Positions 37,485-46,630 are shown, counted from the first letter of the stretch. The stretch: 63,199 bases of DNA from Candidatus Uhrbacteria bacterium (GCA_016219925.1 JACRJU010000001.1:1-63199), one strand, 5' to 3'. Notes: generated from the letters alone by a model not told the origin. Made by a program: numbers and translations.

Positions 37485-38789
37485 CTATGAATTTATGCGT
37501 TCAATGACCGCACCGACTCCTCGGAGTTTTTCTTCCAAACGCTCATACCCGCGATCCAAATGTTCAATACCGGAAAGGGTCGAGGCTCCGCTTGCAACCA
37601 AAGCGCCAATCACAAAGGCGAGACCCGCACGAATATCAGGAACCACAATGTTTGCCGCGCGCAAAGCGGTCGGTCCCATAATCACAGCCGAGTGACGATA
37701 ATTCTCTCCTTTAAACCGACATTCCACTTCACCCAAACAGTTGCTAAAGAGCGTGATGTTAGCCCCCATTTCATTTAACGTCTGCGTGTAACCGAAACGT
37801 TCCTCATACACCGTCTCGTGCACCACAGAAATTCCTTCCGCTTGTGTGAGCACGACGACAAAAGGCTGTTGCCAGTCTGTCATGAATCCGGGATGCGTGT
37901 CTGTTTCAACCTCAATGCCGTGATAGGTTTTGGAACCTTGGAAGACGATGCCATCTTCTTGCACACGGTACCCTCCCCCAATTTTCCGCACCGCATTTAA
38001 AAAAGTAATCATGTCGCGATGCTGGGCGCCTTTCACAAAAATTTCCCCGCGCGTCCCAAGCGCCATGCACGCATAAGAAGCCGCCTCGATACGATCCGGA
38101 ATCACACGGACATCCACGCCATGTAGACGATCCACTCCAATAATTTCTATCAAACGCCCGGCGTTGACTTGAATGATGGCTCCCATATTTTGAAGCATCA
38201 TCATCAGCGCACGCACCTCTGGTTCATCCGCACTATTGCGAATCACGGTGCGACCCTTTGCGAGGACCCCCGCGAGCAAAATCGTTTCTGTTGCACCAAC
38301 AGAAGGATAGGGCAAGGTGATGACCGCTCCATGCAGTCCGCGCGGAGCCGTTGCGTGATACCCCTCTGGGGTTTGCGAAATGGTTGCCCCCATTTTTTCC
38401 AGAGCCTCCACATGAAAATTCACCGGTCGTGGACCGATGGCGTCCCCACCGACAAGCGGAACAACCGCCTCCCCCGCACGATGCAACAAGGGCGCGAGAG
38501 TCAAAATACTCAAACGATTTTTGCGCGACAATTTTTCGACGGAAGTGCTCGCCACTTGTGAGAGGGTGCTCTCAAGAGTGTGTTCATCGATCCAACGCGT
38601 CTGAGCGCCGATCATCGAGATGATCTCACTGGTAATGTGGGTCTCTTGCTGACGCGGAATGTTTCTGATCACAACCGCTTCATCGGTCAAAAGACTGGCG
38701 ATCATCATTTTTGAAGCGGCATTCTTTGCTCCAGATACCTCCATCTGGCCGTGGAGAGCATTTTGGCCGGTGATGCGAAATTGTTCCAT
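37485..38789 (-). CDS. murA: UDP-N-acetylglucosamine 1-carboxyvinyltransferase
   Basis: MEQFRITGQNALHGQMEVSGAKNAA N-terminus (ORF open to 38804). Confidence 0.92.
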   Translation of the reverse strand: MEQFRITGQNALHGQMEVSGAKNAASKMMIASLLTDEAVVIRNIPRQQETHITSEIISMIGAQTRWIDEHTLESTLSQVASTSVEKLSRKNRLSILTLAPLLHRAGEAVVPLVGGDAIGPRPVNFHVEALEKMGATISQTPEGYHATAPRGLHGAVITLPYPSVGATETILLAGVLAKGRTVIRNSADEPEVRALMMMLQNMGAIIQVNAGRLIEIIGVDRLHGVDVRVIPDRIEAASYACMALGTRGEIFVKGAQHRDMITFLNAVRKIGGGYRVQEDGIVFQGSKTYHGIEVETDTHPGFMTDWQQPFVVVLTQAEGISVVHETVYEERFGYTQTLNEMGANITLFSNCLGEVECRFKGENYRHSAVIMGPTALRAANIVVPDIRAGLAFVIGALVASGASTLSGIEHLDRGYERLEEKLRGVGAVIERINS

Positions 38790-38844
38790 AGGAAAACGCC
38801 ACAAGTGTACGCCTTTTTTCTATCACGTCAATAAAAAACCAATC

Positions 38845-39201
38845 TTAAGAAACGAGAACGCCGGTAAAATAAATCGTGCCCAAAGCAAGAAACATTGGAA
38901 AAATCCAATCAACATAATTCAAAAACCAACGCTCGCCGCTGTACAAATAGCCGAACACCATCAACTCAAGAGCGCAGACGGTTGCCATGGCAATCGCCGT
39001 CACGGCAAAAATCGAAAACGTCTGATGGTGCAAAAAATAAAAATCAAAAACACCGAAAAAAACCGCAATCACACAGACGTAGTGGAAAAAAATAAAATGC
39101 TTCCGTGAAAGTCGGTGAGCATTATTCACAAATACCTCAATGAGCACCCAGGCCACCAGGGCATAGAGCAAGATCGTTAATGTGGGTGCAACAAGAGGCA
39201 T
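38845..39201 (-). CDS. small polytopic membrane protein (paralog of 39944-40345)
   Basis: 118 aa with about 4 TM helices. C-terminal FLNYVDWIFPMFLALGTIYFTG matches FLNFPDWIFPIFLMATTVYAAG in the paralog. Confidence 0.6.
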   Translation of the reverse strand: MPLVAPTLTILLYALVAWVLIEVFVNNAHRLSRKHFIFFHYVCVIAVFFGVFDFYFLHHQTFSIFAVTAIAMATVCALELMVFGYLYSGERWFLNYVDWIFPMFLALGTIYFTGVLVS

Positions 39202-39210
39202 GGGATTACT

Positions 39211-39972
39211 CTACACCTTGAAAAAAGTGTCATCAAATGTCAAAACCAAAAGATCAATCAAAAGAAGATACCATAATGACCATTGGCCCAACCATCCAAG
39301 AATCATAAGCCATAACAGCACATAGGCCGCGCCCCAAAAACGCAAGCGGCGCGGCGCCAATAGCAGAAGTGCAAAGATGAGGTGAACGAAGGAAAGGAAA
39401 ACAGATGAGGGATGTAGTGCCAACAAAAAAACAAACAACACCATTCGATCCAACACAAGTCCCACACCCGCACCTACAATGACCCAGAGCGCCAGCAGAC
39501 CGGTGGCCGACAAAACGATCTCTTGATGAGAAAACAAAAGAGCCACGACAAGTGTCAGGCTCGTCAGGCCAAAAAAGAATCGTCGAGCGAGAATGTAAGA
39601 CGATGGTTTAGGATGAACGCCGAAGAGCCACATGGTCATCTTTGCCGCACAGCCACGACAACGCGAAACTTGGTGATAGGCCCATTCGCTTAAAAGAGAA
39701 ACGAATCTGACATGCGTATAGAACCAGAGCAGCCACGATCTGTGAGGAGCAAACGACAACAGCTTGACAATGCCATACGCTCCGCGATAAACACGTCCAT
39801 CAATATCGAGGAGCTGCGAAGAAAATTGATCCGTTGTCGACGATGCAAAAGGACGGTAGACCACCCGATCTGTCGTAAGCTGTTGCCAATACTGCGTCCA
39901 GTAACGACACAGCCCACAGTCCCCATCAAATAAAAAAACGGGTTTAGCGGGAATGCTTTCGTCCTGCGGCAT
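39211..39972 (-). CDS. DCC-family thiol-disulfide oxidoreductase (DUF393) fused to a membrane domain
   Basis: N-terminal FDGDCGLCRYW motif and a hydrophobic C-terminal half. Confidence 0.7.
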   Translation of the reverse strand: MPQDESIPAKPVFLFDGDCGLCRYWTQYWQQLTTDRVVYRPFASSTTDQFSSQLLDIDGRVYRGAYGIVKLLSFAPHRSWLLWFYTHVRFVSLLSEWAYHQVSRCRGCAAKMTMWLFGVHPKPSSYILARRFFFGLTSLTLVVALLFSHQEIVLSATGLLALWVIVGAGVGLVLDRMVLFVFLLALHPSSVFLSFVHLIFALLLLAPRRLRFWGAAYVLLWLMILGWLGQWSLWYLLLIDLLVLTFDDTFFKV

Positions 39973-40345
39973 AAACGGTCGTCGCCATCAAAAAGATCGG
40001 GAAGATCCAATCTGGAAAATTCAAAAACCGTGCGGGATTCTCAACGAAAAATCCGAAAAGGATCGCGTCAAAAACGAAAACGCTCACCAGAACAAAAATC
40101 GTCGTGGGATAAGGTCGGGCCTGATGGTGGACGTCATAGAAGGCGCGAAAAACGAACCAATAAATCCCAACGGTCGCGGCGATATGAATCGCAATAAACG
40201 CCGCCCTCGGCCACGTCAAAGAAAGACTCAACAAAAATAAAACAGCAACCCAAGCCACAAAGGCATACAAGACTAAGGGAAAAACGCGTATGAGTTGAGC
40301 GGTTGTCATAAAGTTAGGATCGAAGAAAAGAGACGAGTCGGGCAC
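39944..40345 (-). CDS. small polytopic membrane protein (paralog of 38845-39201)
   Basis: 133 aa with the same topology and C-terminal motif as its paralog. Confidence 0.6.
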   Translation of the reverse strand: MPDSSLFFDPNFMTTAQLIRVFPLVLYAFVAWVAVLFLLSLSLTWPRAAFIAIHIAATVGIYWFVFRAFYDVHHQARPYPTTIFVLVSVFVFDAILFGFFVENPARFLNFPDWIFPIFLMATTVYAAGRKHSR

Positions 40346-41054
40346 GCATCGGCCAGTGCATCACCTTCTGCCACAGATGATGGCCACCTGTCTTGTAAAA
40401 TCGATGAGGACACCCCACATGTTCCACAAACGTCCGAATGGGATCGATCGGCACCACGCGATCATCCTGCGCATGCGCGACAAAGATCTTGTGAGGATCA
40501 AATGTTTTAACGCAAGCCATTGGTTGGAAGAAATCTCCGCGGGAAAGTTTTAACCAATCCTCGTGAGAAAAACGATAGGCCCCCATGTAACCACGCCGAA
40601 CAATATCCTCAAGCACATCCATCGGTTCGTCCGATTCCGCCGTCCAATCAACCACGGGTGAAAGAGCAATGACTCGGTGAACCAGAGTGGAACGCGAGGC
40701 CATGAGCGCGGCCGTCCCCCCAAAACTTGCCCCCACAATCCCAACGCGCTTCGGTGTCACTTGGAATGTCTGATGGCTCCAAATATCACTCACCCCATCG
40801 GAAAGGGCCTTAATCAGATCCAGAAGATCCTGCTCGGGTGAATGATCAAGAAAATTTTCGCCGCTCTCCCATGTCCCGCGATAACGCAAATGAAACGTCC
40901 AAAAACCTTGTCGCGAAAACCATTTCACAAGCGCATCCTTTGAGGATCCTGATGGCAACCCATCACAAATAATAAGAACGTCACTCGAATCCTGCTCTGA
41001 AGGAAGAAAATCAACAACGATATCGCCAGCCACTCTGGCACGGAAAAGAGACAT
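40314..41054 (-). CDS. alpha/beta hydrolase (dienelactone hydrolase / S9 peptidase-like)
   Basis: Nucleophile elbow GASFGG, with later AQDDRVVP and GGHHL. Confidence 0.7.
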   Translation of the reverse strand: MSLFRARVAGDIVVDFLPSEQDSSDVLIICDGLPSGSSKDALVKWFSRQGFWTFHLRYRGTWESGENFLDHSPEQDLLDLIKALSDGVSDIWSHQTFQVTPKRVGIVGASFGGTAALMASRSTLVHRVIALSPVVDWTAESDEPMDVLEDIVRRGYMGAYRFSHEDWLKLSRGDFFQPMACVKTFDPHKIFVAHAQDDRVVPIDPIRTFVEHVGCPHRFYKTGGHHLWQKVMHWPMRARLVSFLRS

Positions 41055-41057
41055 AGA

Positions 41058-41366
41058 TTACAGCACCGGAGGAAGAGACTGAGTGGATTCTAGTGCATGG
41101 TCAAAACGTCCGCGTTTGGCGCGAAGAGTCTTCATCAACGCGCGCAACTGCTCTTCAAAATTGCTGATCTGACTTTCGAGTTGTTCTACAAGATCAGGAT
41201 CATCCCAGTGTTCAGCAAGTGTTGTACGTAATTCCGCAAGCTGGCGAATGACCAAATCTCGGGATTCCTCAAGCCTACGCACTTCATGATCTCCAAAAGT
41301 CCGCTCAATTTCTTCGCCGGTTAAATGAAGAGGACGTTTTGTTTCACTCATATTTTTAAGATTCAC
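41058..41366 (-). CDS. hypothetical coiled-coil protein
   Basis: 102-aa charged helical ORF that overlaps its upstream neighbour by 11 nt. Confidence 0.5.
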   Translation of the reverse strand: MNLKNMSETKRPLHLTGEEIERTFGDHEVRRLEESRDLVIRQLAELRTTLAEHWDDPDLVEQLESQISNFEEQLRALMKTLRAKRGRFDHALESTQSLPPVL

Positions 41367-41904
41367 GCTTCTGTTTTAGCGCTTCGGCAAGCCAGACGAG
41401 TTCGTCGAGCATTGTTTGGGTCATCTCAACGTAACGGTCATCTGTGATCTGACCCTCCGCATCAAATAACGTTCCGACGTTTGGAAAATAAAGCGCGTTT
41501 CGAATGGGATACATCTTGAGGGTATGAACAATCCCAACCAATTGTTTCACCACGCGAACGCCTCCTGTCCATCCCTCCGAGACACCGCAAATGGCAACAG
41601 CCTTTTGGGCGTATTCGGAATAGAGTTGATCGAGCATGAGCTTGAGCTCACCCGGATAACCATGATTGTACTCTGGAGTGACTATGACGAGACCGTCCGC
41701 GCGCGCCATGGTCTGTGACCATCGTTTCGCGGCTTCTGTCGGCATGGCTTTTGTTTGGGCTGAACCTAAAAAATCGCGCGGATCTATCAGCAGAGTTTCG
41801 ATCCCTTCTCGTGCCTGCATGTGCTCGAGCACAAAACGCGCGGCTTTTTCAGACTGACGGCCCTCACGAGCCGTTCCAAGCAGAATCGGAATAACAAGTG
41901 ACAT
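41356..41904 (-). CDS. NAD(P)H-dependent FMN reductase
   Basis: Start MSLVIPILLGTAREGRQSEK at 41904 and signature LVIVTPEYNHGYPG. The ORF is open to 42042. Confidence 0.8.
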   Translation of the reverse strand: MSLVIPILLGTAREGRQSEKAARFVLEHMQAREGIETLLIDPRDFLGSAQTKAMPTEAAKRWSQTMARADGLVIVTPEYNHGYPGELKLMLDQLYSEYAQKAVAICGVSEGWTGGVRVVKQLVGIVHTLKMYPIRNALYFPNVGTLFDAEGQITDDRYVEMTQTMLDELVWLAEALKQKRES

Positions 41905-42237
41905 ATGGGATAAGTGTAACACAAAAATGAAGTCACTCTCCAAAACAAAACCAGGCCTCCATGGCCTGGGGATGTTTTTTGGTGCCTCACAGCGAGCGGG
42001 TGGCCCAAAAACATGAAAGACGTTAATCGGCACACACTTCAAGCGAAGCGTGAGAGGCAGATGATCCGCCTATTCGTTTCGTCCTGAAGCTTCAACCGTA
42101 CGATCCTCAATCGGACCATTCCGACTCAAGAGGATCAAAAGATCGCTTGTAATGATGGACACACCCGCCCGTCTGTCAGGCAATACCACTGTACCACCCT
42201 GACAGAACGATTCAAGTTTGCAAACACGCGTCATCCC

Positions 42238-43035
42238 CTATCTTTCCACAGAGTTATCCACTTTGTTTTCCACCCCAACGGTTTGTACGCATACCGAAGG
42301 TCCAAACAATTGATGAACGGTCTTTTCAAAAACAGCTGACGGCTTAGAAACAAGGACGAGAGTTTTTCCCTGCCCGTCTGTGTTAAACACGGCCACCGCT
42401 TGTTCCGCCACCGCCTCACTGGGATCAAAAAACCGCATAGGCATTTGTGCATGCGCAAACGCGCGCGCAAAAGCCGCGCGCGCAAACGGGTACTGCGTGC
42501 ACCCAAATACAAGCGTATCCGCTCCGATCTCTTGGGCGCGTTTAACGGCTGGCAAGATGAGGTGATTGAGCTCTTCCGGCGAAGCCTCACGTTCGATCGC
42601 ACTGGCCAAATCAGCAAGGGCGATCATCTCCGTTGCAATGCCTTGAGCGCCAAAAGCCCGTTCGTACAATCCAGATCGCACGGTTGCAAGCGTCGCTGCC
42701 ACAAGAACTTTTTTTGGGGACAACTGGTAAAGGGCATGCGTCGCCGGACCGACCATCTCAATCACCCGCGCATGAGATGACCCAAACAAATCCAGCATGG
42801 GGGCAAGCACAGCAACAGAAACACTGTTGCACGCGGCCACAAATTCCGTGGCGCCCGCCTGGCGCAAGCGCGTCATGGCATCGAGGGTCAGAGTGAATAA
42901 TTCATGAACAGGTCGCGGACCATACGGCATGTTGGCCAAATCGCCAAAATAAACCAAATCCGCCCGAGGAGCTTTTTTGCGGATCTGACTTGCGGCGCCT
43001 AAACCGCCAATCCCTGAATCAAAAATCCCAATCAT
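42238..43035 (-). CDS. murI: glutamate racemase
   Basis: MIGIFDSGIGGL N-terminus with ACNS and GCTQYP catalytic Cys motifs (ORF open to 43080). Confidence 0.9.
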   Translation of the reverse strand: MIGIFDSGIGGLGAASQIRKKAPRADLVYFGDLANMPYGPRPVHELFTLTLDAMTRLRQAGATEFVAACNSVSVAVLAPMLDLFGSSHARVIEMVGPATHALYQLSPKKVLVAATLATVRSGLYERAFGAQGIATEMIALADLASAIEREASPEELNHLILPAVKRAQEIGADTLVFGCTQYPFARAAFARAFAHAQMPMRFFDPSEAVAEQAVAVFNTDGQGKTLVLVSKPSAVFEKTVHQLFGPSVCVQTVGVENKVDNSVER

Positions 43036-43985
43036 AGCGAAAGATGCGCTGTGAGCACGCGCGCCGCGTTTTGGTAGCACAATTTTTCCATCGTCATCTC
43101 GGTGATGCCAGCCTGCCGAAGCGCCTGAAAAAAATCCGGCAATTTCTCAAGCGATTCAAGCCCATCTACAAAGCCAGAAATGATCCCACCAAAATCTGTT
43201 CCAAGAGCGATATGCTCGTCACCGATGGTTTTTAGAAGATGTTCCACATGAGCCACAACATGGGAGATCGTACCGGGTTTTTCTTTCCCTGTCACGAATG
43301 TCTTAGCGAAGAAAAGGCCGATCACTCCCCCAGAGTCAGCAAGTGCGCGAAGTTGAGCATCGGAATAGTTGCGTGGGTTCTCGCACAGCGCCCGACAGTT
43401 TCCGTGGCTGATATAAATGGGGCGATCCATAATCTTGACCACGTCCCAAAATGTTGGCTCGTTCATGTGAGCAAAATCAATGACCATCTGTTTTTCTTTA
43501 GCCCACTCAATGACCTGTCGACCCAGAGGCCTGAGCCCTTGGGTCGGATCTTTCGTTCCCCCACCAAGAGGATTGGTGAGATTCCAAACGATCCCGAGCG
43601 AGCGCCATCCTTTCTGATACCATTGCTCTAGACGTTCGAAGCTGTTTTCATCAACAACATTAAGCCCTTCGATGTGCATAAGGATTCCAATCGGACCCTC
43701 GAGCGCCAATACGCGCGCGATATCGCTGGCCTGTGTAACAAGCATCCAACCTGGTTGGGTGCCTTGCAGGCTATACGCATCGAATTCTTTTTCGATGAGG
43801 TCGTTTGAAATCGGATTAAAATAATTCTCCTCCGACGGAACCGGAAAAGCTGTAGCCACCACCAATTTGAGGCCCGCGCGTTTGATCATTTCAAAATTCG
43901 TCTGCCACTGTCCCTGCGGATAGAGATCCCGCCGAGTGATGTGCAGAAGGAGGTCTTGGTGCGTGTCGATGATGGGGTATGTCAT
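43032..43985 (-). CDS. membrane dipeptidase (peptidase M19)
   Basis: IIDTHQDLL, ISHGN and GTDFGG motifs. Confidence 0.8.
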   Translation of the reverse strand: MTYPIIDTHQDLLLHITRRDLYPQGQWQTNFEMIKRAGLKLVVATAFPVPSEENYFNPISNDLIEKEFDAYSLQGTQPGWMLVTQASDIARVLALEGPIGILMHIEGLNVVDENSFERLEQWYQKGWRSLGIVWNLTNPLGGGTKDPTQGLRPLGRQVIEWAKEKQMVIDFAHMNEPTFWDVVKIMDRPIYISHGNCRALCENPRNYSDAQLRALADSGGVIGLFFAKTFVTGKEKPGTISHVVAHVEHLLKTIGDEHIALGTDFGGIISGFVDGLESLEKLPDFFQALRQAGITEMTMEKLCYQNAARVLTAHLSL

Positions 43986-44017
43986 AGGAGGAAAAGAAAG
44001 AAAAAGGAGGGAGGGAG
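43986..44017 (+). repeat. 32-nt pure polypurine near-mirror repeat
   Basis: aggaggaaaagaaagaaaaaggagggagggag. On the minus strand it is a polypyrimidine leader abutting the dipeptidase ATG. Confidence 0.9.
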
Positions 44018-44078
44018 CCGAACGAAAACGATCAGCTCCCTGAAGTCGGTCATCAGACTGCCCGAAAGCCTGCTGACC

Positions 44079-45209
44079 TTAAGGAAGGAAACGCCGAAGA
44101 GTCCTGACGGCTTCGGTCAAGTCGTGAAAGGACGTCTCAAGCGCCCAAGGGTGAATGTACAAACCTTCGGGATGATCGAGCAGATCGTACTGACTCAAGA
44201 AGGTGCCATCGGAGATATCGTAAAACGGATCCGAGCACTCCGCCACCGCCGCGCGCAGATGCTCATGAAATCCGGAGCGTTGATCGCGCACCTGCTGAAT
44301 GAGCGTCCGTTTGTCCGTTGCCACCCGCATGCGCTCTCCAACAGACGCTTCGAAGTACTGGGTAGAGAGCCAGAGGTCAACGAGATGGTCGAGGGCGGAA
44401 CGGCGCGCGGGTGGAACGACAAACCGCATGTCCGCCACCGGAACGAGATGAAGCGTCATCACTTCAGGGAGTCCCCAGTCGAGCGTCCGACGCACCAGAT
44501 CGTAGAACGCGCTCAACTTAGGCATCATCTCGTCGATGTAGCGGTACATGTCCGGACCGGAAAGTTCATAGACATCACCGGCCCCTCCAAAACACGAAGG
44601 ATCAATCGTCACATCCATGAGGATGTTGGCGATGTTGGGAGAAAGCCAGCCCGCGCGCGAAGCGTTGGTGCCCACGACTCCGGCCACCTCAACAGCCGTC
44701 CATGTGTGGACTCCGCGGTTCTCCGTTGTGCCGTTTTCGTACGCGTACCGTTGCCAGATTGTGTGATCCTCACGCGTGAGCACTTCCAAAAGAGCCATCA
44801 CGCGCTGGGCATGTTGGTGTAGATAGGCGCACAAAGTCTGAGTCTGTGCTTGAGGAACCGCGCGCTTGAGCGCGTCCATGTGGACGTCAACGGTCGCGGT
44901 GTCTCCGAGGGCCGTCACCACATCAGAAACGTAGGGATGGGTAACCCGCGCGTGGCTCGTGAGCACGTCGTCACGCGCGATTTGCATGCGCTTCCCTGCC
45001 CGGATGATGCAATGGGGATGGAAATTGCGATCCAAGGATCCCTTGGTCGCATCCACCACCTTCATCGGGATGCCAAGCTGCGCACACGCCAGGTTATTGG
45101 GATACCAATTGCCAACGTGAGGCGTCTTGAATACAGGAAAACCTGCCCGCTGGAAACCAGCGAGATCATTCAGGGTCAAGTCCCAACGAACCTTCAGTTG
45201 AAGCGGCAT
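44079..45209 (-). CDS. hypothetical protein (GC-rich island, partner of the RelA/SpoT-like gene)
   Basis: 376 aa from MPLQLKVRW, preceded by GAGGAG; the ORF is open to 45269. I recognise no family motif. About 65% GC on a hand-counted sample. Confidence 0.6.
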   Translation of the reverse strand: MPLQLKVRWDLTLNDLAGFQRAGFPVFKTPHVGNWYPNNLACAQLGIPMKVVDATKGSLDRNFHPHCIIRAGKRMQIARDDVLTSHARVTHPYVSDVVTALGDTATVDVHMDALKRAVPQAQTQTLCAYLHQHAQRVMALLEVLTREDHTIWQRYAYENGTTENRGVHTWTAVEVAGVVGTNASRAGWLSPNIANILMDVTIDPSCFGGAGDVYELSGPDMYRYIDEMMPKLSAFYDLVRRTLDWGLPEVMTLHLVPVADMRFVVPPARRSALDHLVDLWLSTQYFEASVGERMRVATDKRTLIQQVRDQRSGFHEHLRAAVAECSDPFYDISDGTFLSQYDLLDHPEGLYIHPWALETSFHDLTEAVRTLRRFLP

Positions 45210-45273
45210 GAATCTCTCTCCTCTTCGTTGTTGCCGATTCTGGTGCCCTGTTCGCGACAAGGACACCACCCTG

Positions 45274-45310
45274 ACAAAAACGAAAAACCCGGGCTGGACT
45301 GCCCGGGTTT
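45274..45310 (-). terminator. intrinsic terminator between the two island genes
   Basis: 10-bp stem aaacccgggc/gcccgggttt (45285-94/45301-10) followed on the minus strand by TTCGTTTTTG. Confidence 0.6.
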
Positions 45311-45444
45311 CATGGTTTTCGCGACAAATTACCTACGCAAAAATCCATGGGCAGTCCCAGGCTCATTCCAGCGGCGGTAGGTGTGATGGATTTGTTGCAC
45401 GATGACTTTCATAACTCTCTTAGCATACGCTTTTCTAAAGCCTT

Positions 45445-45474
45445 GTCAAATAAAAGAGACCCGAAGTCGGGTCT
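45445..45474 (-). terminator. intrinsic terminator overlapping the stop of the RelA/SpoT-like gene
   Basis: 7-bp stem agacccg/cgggtct (45457-63/45468-74) followed on the minus strand by CTTTTATTT. Confidence 0.5.
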
Positions 45475-46630
45475 AGGAGGAAGTATTGTGCTCGCCCTCG
45501 ACGCGCCAGCCAAGCTGGGCGATCTTTCGAGAGGACACAAGGTGGCGCACATGAGGGTTGCCCCAGTCGATCTCGTAAATCTCCACCGGCCACAAGTGCG
45601 GGAAGTGGATGTCGAGCGCTTGACGAAGCTTGTACAGAGCGTGATTGGCGCCTGTGAGCGAACGCGCCGCGTTGAAGTAGTCGTGAAAGGCAATGAACTG
45701 GAGTTCGTACTCCCTGCCTCGCCAGCGCAGGCGCATCTTGGCAACTTTGTACTGCGATGACGAGTGACCATTGTCCGGATCGACAGAGCCGGACGTCGAG
45801 AAGTTCGCCGCCAGAGGTTCGGTCATGACCGCGTTTTTTTCGATCAGGAGATCCGTGATCCGCTTGGCAAGCTGGGAAACATCATCACGGCCTTCAACAA
45901 CGAACATGAGACCGCATCGGTCCGGCACGACAAACGGATCGTCCAGTCCGTTGTGCACCCGTCGTTGCATCTTGAGCCAAACTCCAAACGGGTCTTTGAT
46001 CCGATGGTGGAGAAACACCAGGCCGTTGTCGCGGACCCGCCGGCACATCAGACGCGTCTTGCGACGAATCTTCCCGATAGCCCGATGACTGAGGTGCTTT
46101 CCGATCCCGACGTCGTTGGGCCCGACCAGGTACTCGTGTTCGGGATCGTGATAGACAAAAAAGTCTGTGGGCTCGAAGCCGCCGACGAACAGTCGATCGC
46201 TTAACAAGTCAATCAACGCTTCGATTCCTCGCCCAACAAGCTCGACCGGATCGGCTTTCTCGATCTGGGTGAGCGCGAGAGCTTGGTCGAACAGGCTGAT
46301 GGCATCAAACCAGCGCTGGGGATCCGGCTTGACCCGAGGCTGATGCTTCAGCGCAAGCTGGAGCAGACGATCCATATGCGGGGTTGTCGCAACCGAAGAG
46401 TCGCGCTCGAGCCGATCCCCAAGCCCTGGCGCATAGTTCTGAATGAGAGCACGTTGTCCGGCCCGCACACGCTCAAGCGCATAGACGAACAGTTCACGAT
46501 CTCGGCTGGTCACCTCGTTGAGTAATGACCGACGCCAATAGATCGTATCCGAATGAACGCGCAGCCAATCGTCCTGACGAAATTGCAATTCGTTCCAAGA
46601 AATCACGAGCCCTCCCTGATATGGCCGCAC
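45473..46630 (-). CDS. RelA/SpoT-like (RSH synthetase-fold) nucleotidyltransferase with an N-terminal helical domain
   Basis: 385 aa. The motif order HHRIKDPFGVWLKMQRR ... PDRCGLMFVV ... YKVAKMRLRWRGREYELQFIAFHDY ... ANHALYK mirrors RxKxxxSxxxK / DxxGxR / EIQIRT / AHWxYK of alarmone synthetases. The assignment was made by eye. The start is uncertain: GTG at 46630, or GTG at 46606 after GGGAGGG. Confidence 0.5.
   Translation of the reverse strand: MRPYQGGLVISWNELQFRQDDWLRVHSDTIYWRRSLLNEVTSRDRELFVYALERVRAGQRALIQNYAPGLGDRLERDSSVATTPHMDRLLQLALKHQPRVKPDPQRWFDAISLFDQALALTQIEKADPVELVGRGIEALIDLLSDRLFVGGFEPTDFFVYHDPEHEYLVGPNDVGIGKHLSHRAIGKIRRKTRLMCRRVRDNGLVFLHHRIKDPFGVWLKMQRRVHNGLDDPFVVPDRCGLMFVVEGRDDVSQLAKRITDLLIEKNAVMTEPLAANFSTSGSVDPDNGHSSSQYKVAKMRLRWRGREYELQFIAFHDYFNAARSLTGANHALYKLRQALDIHFPHLWPVEIYEIDWGNPHVRHLVSSRKIAQLGWRVEGEHNTSS

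Noticed and set aside
43941-44822. 293-aa plus-strand ORF
   Set aside because: It is a shadow ORF antisense to the GC-rich hypothetical gene 44079-45209, with Arg-rich composition.
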